A stretch of 64,000 bases of DNA. It comes from Candidatus Omnitrophota bacterium. Lineage in GTDB: Bacteria > Omnitrophota > Gorgyraeia > Zapsychrales > Zapsychraceae. This document shows, piece by piece, positions 9,740 through 19,530 of this stretch (its first letter is position 1; each line of letters opens with the position of its first letter). The notes beneath the pieces are model-generated. The model saw only the letters and a program-made list of their open reading frames with translations, was not told the origin of the DNA and ran no database searches. The DNA lies in contig JAJDCB010000011.1 of NCBI GenBank assembly GCA_029261065.1, positions 175,168 through 239,167 on the forward strand. Reading direction: 5' to 3'. The translations under genes and the position numbers were made by a program.

Positions 9740-10426
9740 ATGGGAAATAAAGCACGTATCAAAAAGAACGCAAAAGAAAAAATTTTAGAAATGGAAGATT
9801 TGAAGCTGGAAGACCCTTGGCGCGTTTTTCGTATCATGGCCGAATTTGTTGAAGGGTTTCATGAGATGAAAGATGTTAACAACGCGGTTAGTATTTTTGG
9901 TTCAGCGCGGACGAAAAAAACGCATCGCTGGTACAAACAAGCGGAACGCACTGCTCAGTTACTTGTTAAAGAAGGTTATTCTGTTATTACCGGAGGTGGT
10001 CCTGGTGCTATGGAAGCTGGTAATAAAGGGGCGGCTAAAGCCAAGGGACAGTCTATTGGTTTAAATATCGATTTGCCTTTTGAACAAAAACCAAATCGTT
10101 ATGTGAACCATTTAATTAATTTTCATTATTTCTTTTGTCGAAAAGTTATGTTTGTAAAATACGCCAAAGCTTTTGTTATTTTTCCAGGAGGGTTTGGAAC
10201 GCTTGATGAATTGTTTGAAAGTCTGACTCTTATTCAAACACATCGTACGGAGAAGTTTCCAGTCATTATGTATGATAGTAAATTTTGGGGTGGGCTCATA
10301 GATTGGATTAAAAAAGAGGTTCTAAAGGTAAGAAATATTGATGCTGATGATATGCATTTATTTACAGTCGTTGATTCTCCGGAAGCCGTTATTAAAGTTA
10401 TTAAAGATTATTATAAAACCAAATAA
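9740..10426 (+). CDS. LOG family protein (TIGR00730 Rossmann-fold; cytokinin riboside 5'-monophosphate phosphoribohydrolase-like nucleotide N-glycosidase)
   Basis: VITGGGPGAMEAGNKGA and FPGGFGTLDELFE motifs. Good SD (AAAGGTGAGG). Embedded between purL and purQ. Confidence 0.85.
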   Translation: MGNKARIKKNAKEKILEMEDLKLEDPWRVFRIMAEFVEGFHEMKDVNNAVSIFGSARTKKTHRWYKQAERTAQLLVKEGYSVITGGGPGAMEAGNKGAAKAKGQSIGLNIDLPFEQKPNRYVNHLINFHYFFCRKVMFVKYAKAFVIFPGGFGTLDELFESLTLIQTHRTEKFPVIMYDSKFWGGLIDWIKKEVLKVRNIDADDMHLFTVVDSPEAVIKVIKDYYKTK

Positions 10427-10431
10427 AAGTT

Positions 10432-11244
10432 ATGGCTGCAAAACAACCAAAAGTTATTGTCTTACGTACCGCAGGAACGAATTGTGATCAAGAGACCGCT
10501 TTTGCCTTTAAGTCTTTTGGGGCTAAAGTTGATTGTGTGCATATTAATCAATTGATCAATAAACGTGTTAAGTTAAATGATTATCATATCCTCGCTATTC
10601 CAGGTGGCTTTACGTATGGTGATGACATTGAGTCAGGGCGAGTGCTTGCCAATGAACTTTGTTTATTTTTGGGTTTGGAGTTAAATCAATTTATTGCTGA
10701 TGGCAAAATTGTCATTGGTATATGTAATGGTTTTCAGGTGTTAGTTAAGGCCGGAATTTTGCCGGGTCCTTTAACGGAAGTTGAAGAGTTAGCGCAGGAT
10801 CATTCTCAAAAAATGACATTAACACATAACGATTCAGGAAAATTTGAAGCGCGGTGGACGTATCTTAAAGTCAACAATAAAAGTGTCTGGACTAAGGATA
10901 TGGAAGATGTTGTTTACATACCGGTAGCTCATGCGGAAGGTAAGTTTTTAGTGAAAGACAATAATGCTTTAAATCAATTGGAGAGTAATGGCCAAGTTGC
11001 CTTTCGATACTCAACTCGAACCGGCGCGCGCCCCACATATCCCATGAACCCCAATGGTTCATCAGAAGACATCGCCGGCATTACAGACACCACCGGCCGC
11101 ATCCTAGGCATGATGCCTCATCCCGAACGTCATTTTCTTTTTCATCATCATCCAAGATGGACAAGAAAGAAAAACAGAACTAAGTTTGGAGAAGGCGCCA
11201 AGATTTTTGAGAACGGCGTTACATATGTTAAGAAAAACTTTTAG
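10432..11244 (+). CDS. purQ: Phosphoribosylformylglycinamidine synthase glutamine amidotransferase subunit
   Basis: KVIVLRTAGTNCDQETAFAF N-terminus; the class-I glutamine amidotransferase catalytic Cys context GICNGFQ; the His/Glu region HAEGKF. Confidence 0.9.
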   Translation: MAAKQPKVIVLRTAGTNCDQETAFAFKSFGAKVDCVHINQLINKRVKLNDYHILAIPGGFTYGDDIESGRVLANELCLFLGLELNQFIADGKIVIGICNGFQVLVKAGILPGPLTEVEELAQDHSQKMTLTHNDSGKFEARWTYLKVNNKSVWTKDMEDVVYIPVAHAEGKFLVKDNNALNQLESNGQVAFRYSTRTGARPTYPMNPNGSSEDIAGITDTTGRILGMMPHPERHFLFHHHPRWTRKKNRTKFGEGAKIFENGVTYVKKNF

Positions 11245-11262
11245 TAGTTATACCTATTAACA

Positions 11263-12270
11263 ATGAAAAAAGAATTTACTTATAAGTCTAGTGGTGTTGA
11301 TATCGATAAAGCGAATGTCTTTGTTGATGCGATTAAAAAGGACGTGGCTAAAACGATTCAGCCAGGGACATTATTACGTAAAGGGGCTTTTGGGGGGTTG
11401 TTTGCTTTAGATGTTAAGAAATATAAAGAGCCTATTCTTGTTTCATCCACAGATGGTGTGGGGACGAAGTTATTGTTGGCGCAAACGTTAAATAAACATG
11501 ATACAGTTGGGATTGATTTGGTTGCGATGAATATTAATGATATTTTGTGTGTGGGCGCGAAACCATTATTTTTTCTTGATTATATTGCGTGTGGCAAGTT
11601 GAAACCTAAAATTTTGAAAGATGTTGTTAAAGGCATTTCGCGGGGTTGTGTGCAATCAGGGTGTAGTTTGATTGGTGGGGAGACCGCTGAGATGCCTGAT
11701 ATGTATAAGGGTGATGAGTATGATTTGGCTGGGTTTACGGTAGGTGTTGTTGAAAAGAAAAAAATGTTAGATGGTTCAAAGATTGTGAAGGGCGACTGCG
11801 TTATTGGTTTTCCATCGAGTGGTATTCATTCCAATGGTTATTCGCTGGTGCGTAAAGTGTTATCAAAGCAAGAGCAGAAAAAGTGGGACAAGGAATTGTT
11901 AGCACCAACAAAAATTTATGCGAAAGAAGTGCTCCCATTAATAGAAAATTTTCAATTAAAGGGGATCGCTCATATAACAGGTGGTGCTTGGTATGAAAAA
12001 CTGACAAAGATCTTGCCAAAAGGCAAATGTTTCCATATAAATAGAGGAAGTTGGCCCATACCAAAAGTCTTTTCTATTTTACAGAAAAAAGGTAGAATAA
12101 GTGACATTGAGATGTATCGAACGTTTAATATGGGTATCGGATTAGCCGTTGTCGTTAGCAAGGTTGATCAAAATAAAATAGAATCGTTTTTAAAGCGTAG
12201 AAAGATTAAATATTACCGCATTGGGGAAGTTGCCTTAAATCAAAAAAAGAAAATTGTGTTTAGTGATTAA
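11263..12270 (+). CDS. purM: Phosphoribosylformylglycinamidine cyclo-ligase (AIR synthetase)
   Basis: YKSSGVDIDKAN N-terminus; AIRS N/C domain motifs (VSSTDGVGTKLLLA, GIHSNGYSLVRK). Confidence 0.95.
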   Translation: MKKEFTYKSSGVDIDKANVFVDAIKKDVAKTIQPGTLLRKGAFGGLFALDVKKYKEPILVSSTDGVGTKLLLAQTLNKHDTVGIDLVAMNINDILCVGAKPLFFLDYIACGKLKPKILKDVVKGISRGCVQSGCSLIGGETAEMPDMYKGDEYDLAGFTVGVVEKKKMLDGSKIVKGDCVIGFPSSGIHSNGYSLVRKVLSKQEQKKWDKELLAPTKIYAKEVLPLIENFQLKGIAHITGGAWYEKLTKILPKGKCFHINRGSWPIPKVFSILQKKGRISDIEMYRTFNMGIGLAVVVSKVDQNKIESFLKRRKIKYYRIGEVALNQKKKIVFSD

Positions 12271-12333
12271 TTTTTTATTGATATTGTATACACCATTTAG
12301 ACCTCGCTACGCGGGGTGAAACAGGAGAGATTC

Positions 12334-13635
12334 ATGAATATCTTAATTATTGGTTCCGGCGGACGTGAACATGTTCTTGCTTGGAAAGTTAAAAAGAGCC
12401 CTCTTATCGAAAAGTTGTATTGTGCGCCAGGAAATGCTGGTATTTCCGAAATTGCTGAGTGTGTTGATATTGAAGCGAATGATATTGAAGGGTTGGTTAA
12501 GTTTGCTAAGAAAAATAAAATTAATCTTACAATTGTTGGTCCTGAGGCACCGTTGGTCGACGGTATTGTTGATCGATTTGAAAAAGAAAAACTTATGGTC
12601 TTTGGTCCTAGTCAAGCGGCTGCACGCTTGGAAGGAAGTAAAGTTTTTGCCAAAGAGTTTATGCAGCGCTGTAATATTCCTACCGCTCAATTTCGAGCCT
12701 TTGAAGATCCAAGTAAGGCGCGCGAATTTATTCAAAAAGCTCATTTTCCTTTAGTTATTAAAGCTGATGGTTTAGCTGCCGGAAAGGGCGTCATTGTTTG
12801 TAAAGATATTAAAGAAGCTGATGCAGCAATTTCTCGTATTATGGAAGAAAAAGTTTTTAAAGAAGCGGGTGAAAAAATCATTATTGAAGAATGCCTTGTT
12901 GGTGAAGAGGTTTCTATCTTGGCGATAAGTGATGGAGAAAATTATGTTATCTTGCAACCTTCTCAAGATCATAAACGCATTTTTGATGATGATCTTGGTC
13001 CTAACACGGGCGGAATGGGAGCGTATTGTCCAACACCTTTGCTTGATGAAGTTAGCCTTAAGAAAATTGAAGCGCGTGTGATTGAACCAGCTATTCGAGG
13101 CATGCGTCGAGAAGGAATGCCGTTTAAAGGTGTCTTGTATGCAGGCTTAATGATGACAGAAGAAGGCCCCATGACATTAGAATTTAATGTTCGTTTTGGC
13201 GATCCGGAATCTCAAGTGGTTTTACCAAGATTGAAAAATGATTTAGTTGAATTGATGTTTGCTAGTTGTGAAGAGCGTCTTAATGACATTCAATTAATTT
13301 GGGATAAAAGAGCTTGTGTGACGGTTGTCATGAGTTCGGGTGGATACCCAGGGGAATATGAATCCGGTAAAGAAATTAAGGGGCTTGATCAATTTAAGAA
13401 AGATGAAAATACGATTATATTTCATGCAGGGACCAAAAGTGAAGGGGATAAAGTTGTTACAGCAGGCGGACGCGTATTGGCTATGACATGTTTTGGAAAA
13501 ACAATGGAAAAAGCCATTGAGGATGTTTATAAAAAAATAGAGAAAATTAAATTTGAACGATGCTTCTTTAGACGAGATATAGGGGCGAAAGCCTTAATTA
13601 TCGGTCATCGTTCGCAAGCGGCAGGACATAGATAA
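12334..13635 (+). CDS. purD: Phosphoribosylamine-glycine ligase
   Basis: MNILIIGSGGREHVLAWK N-terminus with a GGAGAG SD. ATP-grasp motifs. The ORF-track start at 12316 was trimmed to the SD-supported ATG. Confidence 0.95.
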   Translation: MNILIIGSGGREHVLAWKVKKSPLIEKLYCAPGNAGISEIAECVDIEANDIEGLVKFAKKNKINLTIVGPEAPLVDGIVDRFEKEKLMVFGPSQAAARLEGSKVFAKEFMQRCNIPTAQFRAFEDPSKAREFIQKAHFPLVIKADGLAAGKGVIVCKDIKEADAAISRIMEEKVFKEAGEKIIIEECLVGEEVSILAISDGENYVILQPSQDHKRIFDDDLGPNTGGMGAYCPTPLLDEVSLKKIEARVIEPAIRGMRREGMPFKGVLYAGLMMTEEGPMTLEFNVRFGDPESQVVLPRLKNDLVELMFASCEERLNDIQLIWDKRACVTVVMSSGGYPGEYESGKEIKGLDQFKKDENTIIFHAGTKSEGDKVVTAGGRVLAMTCFGKTMEKAIEDVYKKIEKIKFERCFFRRDIGAKALIIGHRSQAAGHR

Positions 13636-13656
13636 AGACTAGAAAGAAGGGAGATT

Positions 13657-14139
13657 ATGGCTAACATAACAGTAGCAATTATGATGGGAAGTAAATCGGA
13701 CCTTTCCATTATGGAAGAATCATCCAAGGTGTTAAATGAATTTGGGGTTTCCAATGAGTTAAAGGTTTTGTCTGCGCATCGTACACCTAAAGAATGTTGT
13801 GCGTATGCTGAAAGTTTTAGAAAAGATGGTGGTAAGGTTTTTATATGTGGCGCAGGTGTTTCTGCAGCCCTTTCAGGTGTAGTCGCTGCACACACAACGT
13901 TACCCGTTATTGGCGTTCCAATAGATGCCTCTTCTCTAAATGGTATGGACGCTTTATTATCAACAGTACAAATGCCACCTGGAGTTCCTGTTGGTGCTGT
14001 CGCTATTGGTAAGGCGGGTGCGAAGAATGCAGCTTTGTTAGCGATTCGTATATTAAGTTTGTCAGATTCTTCGCTTGAGGAGAAGCTAGACAATTTTCGA
14101 GAAGAGCAAAAAAAGAAAATTCTTAGCATTGAGATATAA
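13657..14139 (+). CDS. purE: N5-carboxyaminoimidazole ribonucleotide mutase
   Basis: VAIMMGSKSDL and GAGVSAALSGVVAAHTTLPVIGVP motifs; 160 aa; strong SD. Confidence 0.9.
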   Translation: MANITVAIMMGSKSDLSIMEESSKVLNEFGVSNELKVLSAHRTPKECCAYAESFRKDGGKVFICGAGVSAALSGVVAAHTTLPVIGVPIDASSLNGMDALLSTVQMPPGVPVGAVAIGKAGAKNAALLAIRILSLSDSSLEEKLDNFREEQKKKILSIEI

Positions 14140-14162
14140 GGGTTTGTGGATTATTTAATACA

Positions 14163-15230
14163 TTGAAAACAAAAGTCGTCGAAATCCATCCAGAGTTTCC
14201 CGAACTTCAGCAGATAACAAATTGTGCTAAAATCATTCGTGACGGAGGCCTTGTTGTTTTTCCTACCGAAACTGTATACGGTATTGCTGCTGATTTTTCA
14301 AATCCTGTAGCCATGAAGAGATTGAGGGAAGTTAAGAAACGTTCGGAAGATAAACCATTTTCGATTTTGATTTCTCAAAAAGGTTTAATAACAAATTACT
14401 CATCGCTTAAAAATCCTGCTCTTTTTAAACTTATTGATGCGTGTTGGCCTGGACCTTTAACAGTTGTTGTTCCTTCAAGTGAAGATGAAGAAAAAACAGT
14501 TGGTGTGCGTATGCCTGATCATATGATTGCGCTAAGACTTGTACAGGAATCTCACTGTACGATTGTTGCTCCTTCGGCGAATTTTGAAGGAAATCCTCCG
14601 CCAAGGACGTGTGAAGAAGCTTTAAGAGACATGGATGGATTGGTTGATCTCGCTATTGATGGTGGGCGGGCAATGATGGGGCAAGGTTCGTCGGTTGTTG
14701 ATTTAACACAAGAACATCCAAAGATGTTAAGAGAAGGGGTTGTTTCTCTTGATGAAGTTAATAAAATTTCTGGGCGTAAAAATGTTCTTTTTGTTTGTAC
14801 CGGAAATAGTTGTCGCTCTGTCATGGCGGAGTATTTATTAAGACATGCTTTGGGTGATCGTGACGATGTGCTCATTCAATCAGCAGGAACAAGTGTGTTT
14901 ATTCAGTCAGCGGCGAGTGCTGAGACGATTAATGTATTGCGTGAAGAAGGTATTGATGCAACGATGCACACATCACAACCTGTAAGCAGTATCTTATTAA
15001 AAAAAGCAGATTTAATTTTTGTTATGACAAAAGGGCATCGCCAACAAGTCTTGGAGCGTGTTCCAACTGTTGAGAAACGAGTCTATATGTTAAGAGAGTT
15101 TGCGAATATGCCACCTAATTTTGAAGGTGACATTGATATTCCAGATCCAATCGGAAGCTCGCATGCAGCTTATAAAGAATGTAAAAATGTCATCAAAGAT
15201 GCTATACAAAAAATTGTTAGTTTAGTTTAA
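14163..15230 (+). CDS. Fusion protein: threonylcarbamoyl-AMP synthase (TsaC/YrdC domain) + low-molecular-weight protein (Tyr/Arg) phosphatase (YwlE-like)
   Basis: The N-terminal ~195 aa carry YrdC motifs (GGLVVFPTETVYGIAAD; SANFEGNPP). The C-terminal ~150 aa carry the LMW-PTP P-loop VLFVCTGNSCRSVMAEY and DIPDPIG. TTG start. Confidence 0.8.
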   Translation: MKTKVVEIHPEFPELQQITNCAKIIRDGGLVVFPTETVYGIAADFSNPVAMKRLREVKKRSEDKPFSILISQKGLITNYSSLKNPALFKLIDACWPGPLTVVVPSSEDEEKTVGVRMPDHMIALRLVQESHCTIVAPSANFEGNPPPRTCEEALRDMDGLVDLAIDGGRAMMGQGSSVVDLTQEHPKMLREGVVSLDEVNKISGRKNVLFVCTGNSCRSVMAEYLLRHALGDRDDVLIQSAGTSVFIQSAASAETINVLREEGIDATMHTSQPVSSILLKKADLIFVMTKGHRQQVLERVPTVEKRVYMLREFANMPPNFEGDIDIPDPIGSSHAAYKECKNVIKDAIQKIVSLV

Positions 15231-15258
15231 AAAAGTAATTCAATATTGGAGTTATACT

Positions 15259-15714
15259 TTGCAAATATATATTGGTGCAGACCACAGAGGTTTTCAATTT
15301 AAGAAAAAAATTATTGATATCCTAAAATCTTTAGGGCATGAGGTTGTTGATTGTGGTACACAAGATGATCAAGAAAGTTGTGATTATCCGTTAATCGCTT
15401 ATAAGGTAGGCACACATGTTGCCAAAGAAGCGGATAGCCGAGGGCTTTTAGTTTGTATGTCAGGCATTGGTCAATCGATTGCAGCTAACAAAGTCGATGG
15501 TGTCTATGCAGCCTTATGTTATAATGCGGAGGCTGCACAGCTCTCTCGAGAACATAATAATGCAAACGTACTAGTACTAAGTGCTAAATTTGTTCAATCC
15601 GATGAGTTAGAAAAGATCCTCGATGTTTGGCTTAAGACTTCATTTGAAGGAGGTCGCCATGAACGCCGATTTAATCAAATTAAAGACATAGAGCAGGGAA
15701 AAGCTTTAAATTAA
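15259..15714 (+). CDS. rpiB: Ribose-5-phosphate isomerase B
   Basis: RpiB/LacAB family N-terminus [16 protein letters not shown] and the CGTG...GIG catalytic-region motifs; 151 aa; TTG start after a GGAG SD. Confidence 0.9.
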   Translation: MQIYIGADHRGFQFKKKIIDILKSLGHEVVDCGTQDDQESCDYPLIAYKVGTHVAKEADSRGLLVCMSGIGQSIAANKVDGVYAALCYNAEAAQLSREHNNANVLVLSAKFVQSDELEKILDVWLKTSFEGGRHERRFNQIKDIEQGKALN

Positions 15715-15751
15715 AATGTCAGATTCATTATTAGCAGAGAAAGGGAGTCAG

Positions 15752-16999
15752 ATGTCCGATTTACAAAAGAATGATCCTGAAATTTACGGTGCGATAGTAG
15801 ATGAACTTAAGCGCCAACAAAATAATTTAGAACTTATAGCTTCAGAAAATATTGTTTCAAAAGCGGTCCTTGAAGCGCAGGGAAGTGTTTTAACTAATAA
15901 ATACGCTGAAGGTTATCCAGCGGCTCGTTGGTATGATGGATGTGAGTATGTGGATGTTGCAGAAACCTTGGCGATTAATCGAGCTAAACAACTTTTTAAA
16001 GCGGAACACGTAAACGTTCAAGCTCATTCTGGATCGCAAGCCAACATGGCTGTCTATATGGCAGCCTTAGAGTATGGTGATACTGTTCTTGCTATGGATC
16101 TTGCTTGTGGAGGTCATTTAACGCATGGTATGAAGCTAAACTTCTCCGGTAAGTCCTATAACTTTGTTGCTTATGGAGTAGATAAAGAAACAGAGCAATT
16201 AGATTATGATGATATTGCTGCAAAGGCGCGTGAACACAAACCGAAAATGATTGTCGCAGGGGCCTCAGCTTATTCTAGAATTATTGATTTTGGAAAGTTT
16301 AGAGAAATTTGTGATGAAGTTGGAGCTTTATTATTTGTCGACATGGCACATATTGCGGGGCTAGTTGCAGCTGGTTTACATCCTAATCCTGTTGAATATG
16401 CCGAATTTGTTACAACAACAACACATAAAACATTGCGTGGCCCACGCGGGGGTATGGTTCTCTGTCATGAGAAGTATGCTAAAAAGATTAACTCAAGAAT
16501 TTTTCCTGGCATCCAAGGTGGTCCATTGATGCATGTGATTGCCGCTAAAGCCGTGGCTTTTAAAGAAGCGTTAAGTGACGAATTTAATGAGTATCAAAAA
16601 CAAGTGGTTAAAAATGCTAAAGCTTTTTCAGATGAGATGGCATCTTGTGGATATCGAATTGTTGCCGGAGGAACAGAAAATCATTTATTCATGGTTGATT
16701 TGCGCTCGAAAAATGTCAGTGGCAAAGATGCAGCAAGTACACTTGATAAGGTGGCGATAACAGTTAATAAAAATCTTATACCTTATGATCCGGAAGTTCC
16801 TGCTGTGGCAAGCGGTATTCGTATAGGAACGCCAGCTGTTACTACACGAGGTATGAAGGAAGAACAAATGAAAGAGATTGCCCAATTGTGTGATCAAGCG
16901 ATTGTTCAAAGGGATGATGATGAAGCGTTAAAGAAAGTTAAGTCAAGTGTTGAAGCACTGACACAGCAATTTCCTATTTATTCTGATATTGCTTATTAA
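15752..16999 (+). CDS. glyA: Serine hydroxymethyltransferase
   Basis: DPEIYGAI...[10 protein letters not shown]...HLTHG...[15 protein letters not shown] motifs. Start trimmed to the SD-supported ATG (GGGAG upstream). Confidence 0.95.
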   Translation: MSDLQKNDPEIYGAIVDELKRQQNNLELIASENIVSKAVLEAQGSVLTNKYAEGYPAARWYDGCEYVDVAETLAINRAKQLFKAEHVNVQAHSGSQANMAVYMAALEYGDTVLAMDLACGGHLTHGMKLNFSGKSYNFVAYGVDKETEQLDYDDIAAKAREHKPKMIVAGASAYSRIIDFGKFREICDEVGALLFVDMAHIAGLVAAGLHPNPVEYAEFVTTTTHKTLRGPRGGMVLCHEKYAKKINSRIFPGIQGGPLMHVIAAKAVAFKEALSDEFNEYQKQVVKNAKAFSDEMASCGYRIVAGGTENHLFMVDLRSKNVSGKDAASTLDKVAITVNKNLIPYDPEVPAVASGIRIGTPAVTTRGMKEEQMKEIAQLCDQAIVQRDDDEALKKVKSSVEALTQQFPIYSDIAY

Positions 17000-17019
17000 T
17001 TAAAGGGCTCCACATTCGT

Positions 17020-17487
17020 ATGAAATGCCCCGCATGTAGCTATAATGAAACAAAGGTTATTGATTCTCGTCTAAATACAGATGGAACATCTGTTAGACGA
17101 AGACGAGAGTGTTTAAAGTGTCAAAAGCGTTTTACAACATACGAATATGTTGAGCAAGTACCTTTAATGATCGTAAAACGCGATGGGCGTCGGCAACCTT
17201 TTGATCGTAAGAAAATAATTTCTGGTCTAATAAAGGCTTGCGAGAAACGTCCAGTTAGTATTGATAAAATGGAAGAAGTGACAAGTGAGGTCGAGCGAAA
17301 TATTCAAAAGAAATTTGATCGGGAAGTTGAATCGAAGGATGTGGGTGAGTTGATTATGGAGAAGTTAGCAGGCATTGATGAAGTTGCTTATGTGCGCTTC
17401 GCTTCCGTTTATCGTCAGTTTCGAGACGTGAATCAGTTTATGAGTGAACTAAAAGGGATGTTAGATAAGGAAAAAAGTAAGACGTAG
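17020..17487 (+). CDS. nrdR: Transcriptional repressor NrdR
   Basis: MKCPACSYNETKVIDSR...CLKCQKRFTTYE zinc ribbon followed by an ATP-cone; 155 aa. Confidence 0.95.
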   Translation: MKCPACSYNETKVIDSRLNTDGTSVRRRRECLKCQKRFTTYEYVEQVPLMIVKRDGRRQPFDRKKIISGLIKACEKRPVSIDKMEEVTSEVERNIQKKFDREVESKDVGELIMEKLAGIDEVAYVRFASVYRQFRDVNQFMSELKGMLDKEKSKT

Positions 17488-17512
17488 AGGATTCTTAAAG
17501 GACAATAAACTC

Positions 17513-17929
17513 ATGGCAAATTTAATACAAGTTGAACTTAGTAAAATTATTATTGATGAGAAAAGGCAAGATCAGATCATTGTGTTAAAAGAGAAGAAAG
17601 GTGATCGTCAGTTTCCTATTGTGATCGGTTTTTTAGAAGCATCCAGCATTAAGTTAAAACTTTCTGGTGTTAAACCACCACGTCCTATGACACATGATTT
17701 GCTGATGGTAACCATTAAAGAGTTTGGTGCAAAGCTAGATCGTTTAATTATCGATAAGATGGTTGATAATACGTTTCATGCCAAATTGGAACTTAAAACA
17801 AAGCGCGGGCGTTCGATTGTGATTGATGCGCGGCCTTCTGATGGACTTGCGTTGGCGGTAAGAACAGAAGATGCTTTAATATTTGTAGAAGAAGAAGTCT
17901 TAAATCAGGCAGAAATATTTAAAAGTTAA
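17513..17929 (+). CDS. Bifunctional nuclease family protein (DUF151)
   Basis: FPIVIGFLEASSIKLKL...VIDARPSDGLALAVR motifs typical of DUF151. Confidence 0.7.
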   Translation: MANLIQVELSKIIIDEKRQDQIIVLKEKKGDRQFPIVIGFLEASSIKLKLSGVKPPRPMTHDLLMVTIKEFGAKLDRLIIDKMVDNTFHAKLELKTKRGRSIVIDARPSDGLALAVRTEDALIFVEEEVLNQAEIFKS

Positions 17930-18017
17930 TAAATTTGACTTGTTAGGCCGATTTATTTCATATGATTTGTTTATGAAATACTAAAACCAAAGACAAGTCA
18001 TTTTTATTTGTAACGCT

Positions 18018-19445
18018 ATGACATTATTTAAACAATATCCCAATTTAGAAATTATTCAATCTTTAGCCAAGCAATCAAAGGTTAAAGTGCATCTTGTTGG
18101 TGGTTTTTTGCGTGATTTTGTCTTAGAGCGTGAAGGATGTGATTTTGACTTTGCTGTCGAGAAAAGGGCTTTGAAGCTTGCCCAAGTGTTTGCTGACAAA
18201 ATTAAGGGTGCTTATATCGTTTTAGATGAACAGCGTGGTTGTGCTCGCGTTGTCAAAAAGAAGGAAGGTCGTATTTATTCGTATGACTTCTCCGACTATC
18301 GAGCCAAAACGTTTTTGGAAGATCTAAAAGATCGAGATTTTACTGTTAATACCTTGTCTTTAAATTTGTCTGAAGCAAACGCCCAAACAATTTTGTCTGA
18401 GGCGATAGTGGATCATACTCGCGCGATGAAGGATATCAAGGATAAGCGCATCAAAAGAGTTTCTATAAGAGCTTTCCGTGATGATCCTTTACGGATGATG
18501 CGAGCGTTTAGTCTAAAGGCTAATTATGGATTTAAAATTGAGTTAAAGACTTTAAATCAAATTCGTAAGGAAAAAGAGTTAATCAAAAATGTTTCGTATG
18601 AGCGTATTCGTGAGGAGTTGTTTAAGGTTCTTGAGTCTGAGAAAACATTTGATGTTTTAAATACCATGGATCGCTCTGGTTTGCTTGAACATGTGATACC
18701 GCAACTTCATGTGATGTTTAAATGTAAGCAAGGAGGATATCATCACTTGGATGTTTGGCCGCATTCATTGGAAGCTGTTCGTCAATTAGAGAAAGTTTTT
18801 AGACAACAAAAAGATAATCCTGATGTGGATGGCTATTTAAATGAAATCATTGCTGGTGATCATTCTCGGCGGAGTTTGATTAAATTGGCAACACTGTTAC
18901 ATGATATTGGAAAACCTGATACGCGAAAAAAAGAAGGCAATAAGCTTTCCTTTCACGGGCATGAGAATGTTGGCAAACATATTGTTAAAGCGATTGCTTT
19001 GATGTTAAAGATATCAACCAAAGAACGTCATGCCATAGAAGATATGGTTCAGCTTCATTTAAGGCCTGGTTATTTATCTAATTTTAAAAAGCCAAGTGAA
19101 CGAATGATTTTTCGTTATTTCAGAGATGCTAAAGATGAAACGGCGAGTGTTCTATTATTATCATTGGCCGATCAACGCGCAACACGAGGGCCATTAACGA
19201 GTCAAGAAGATCAAAAACATCATGAAAAGATTTGTTTGCAGTTGGTGGATCGATATTTTGAAAAGAAAAAAGAGAAACCTTTTGTTCCGTTGGTGGATGG
19301 AAATTATATAATGAAGAAGTTGAAGCTTAAGCCTTCGCCGCTTGTTGGTAAAATTTTAACTGAGTTGGAAGAGGCTCAAGTTTTGGGGAAGATTACGACG
19401 AAGAAAGAGGCTCTTGAGGTGGCGGAGGGAATCATAAAGAAGTAA
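18018..19445 (+). CDS. cca: CCA tRNA nucleotidyltransferase / poly(A) polymerase family protein with HD domain
   Basis: Nucleotidyltransferase head VHLVGGFLRDFVL...DFDFAV and the HD domain motif LLHDIGKP; 475 aa. Confidence 0.85.
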   Translation: MTLFKQYPNLEIIQSLAKQSKVKVHLVGGFLRDFVLEREGCDFDFAVEKRALKLAQVFADKIKGAYIVLDEQRGCARVVKKKEGRIYSYDFSDYRAKTFLEDLKDRDFTVNTLSLNLSEANAQTILSEAIVDHTRAMKDIKDKRIKRVSIRAFRDDPLRMMRAFSLKANYGFKIELKTLNQIRKEKELIKNVSYERIREELFKVLESEKTFDVLNTMDRSGLLEHVIPQLHVMFKCKQGGYHHLDVWPHSLEAVRQLEKVFRQQKDNPDVDGYLNEIIAGDHSRRSLIKLATLLHDIGKPDTRKKEGNKLSFHGHENVGKHIVKAIALMLKISTKERHAIEDMVQLHLRPGYLSNFKKPSERMIFRYFRDAKDETASVLLLSLADQRATRGPLTSQEDQKHHEKICLQLVDRYFEKKKEKPFVPLVDGNYIMKKLKLKPSPLVGKILTELEEAQVLGKITTKKEALEVAEGIIKK

Positions 19446-19447
19446 TC

Positions 19448-19522
19448 ATGTCGTCCCCGCTGAAATGACACGATTACTTGTTATTTCTACACCTATTTGT
19501 CATCCCCGCAAAAGCGGGGAAC
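19448..19522. repeat. Palindromic MITE/REP-like element copy (TGTCGTCCCCGC...TGACACGATTAC...TGTCATCCCCGCAAAAGCGGGGAA)
   Basis: Shares the core TCCCCGC-NNNN-GCGGGGA and the TGTCRTCC / TGACACGATTAC modules with copies at 216, 22680, 25155, 30858 and 62246. Confidence 0.8.
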
Positions 19523-19530
19523 CGTGCGAT

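Noticed and set aside
12343-14129. Antisense ORFs inside purD/purE (12343..12744-, 12350..12754+, 12772..13172-, 13605..14129-)
   Set aside because: They are fully embedded in or antisense to high-confidence conserved enzyme genes. They lack RBSs and have low-complexity or odd composition. They are typical shadow ORFs.
19465-19530. Upstream extension of the macro::NUDIX ORF (MTRLLVISTPICHPRKSGEPCD)
   Set aside because: These codons are simply the translated palindromic repeat element. The macro domain begins right after the ATG at 19531.
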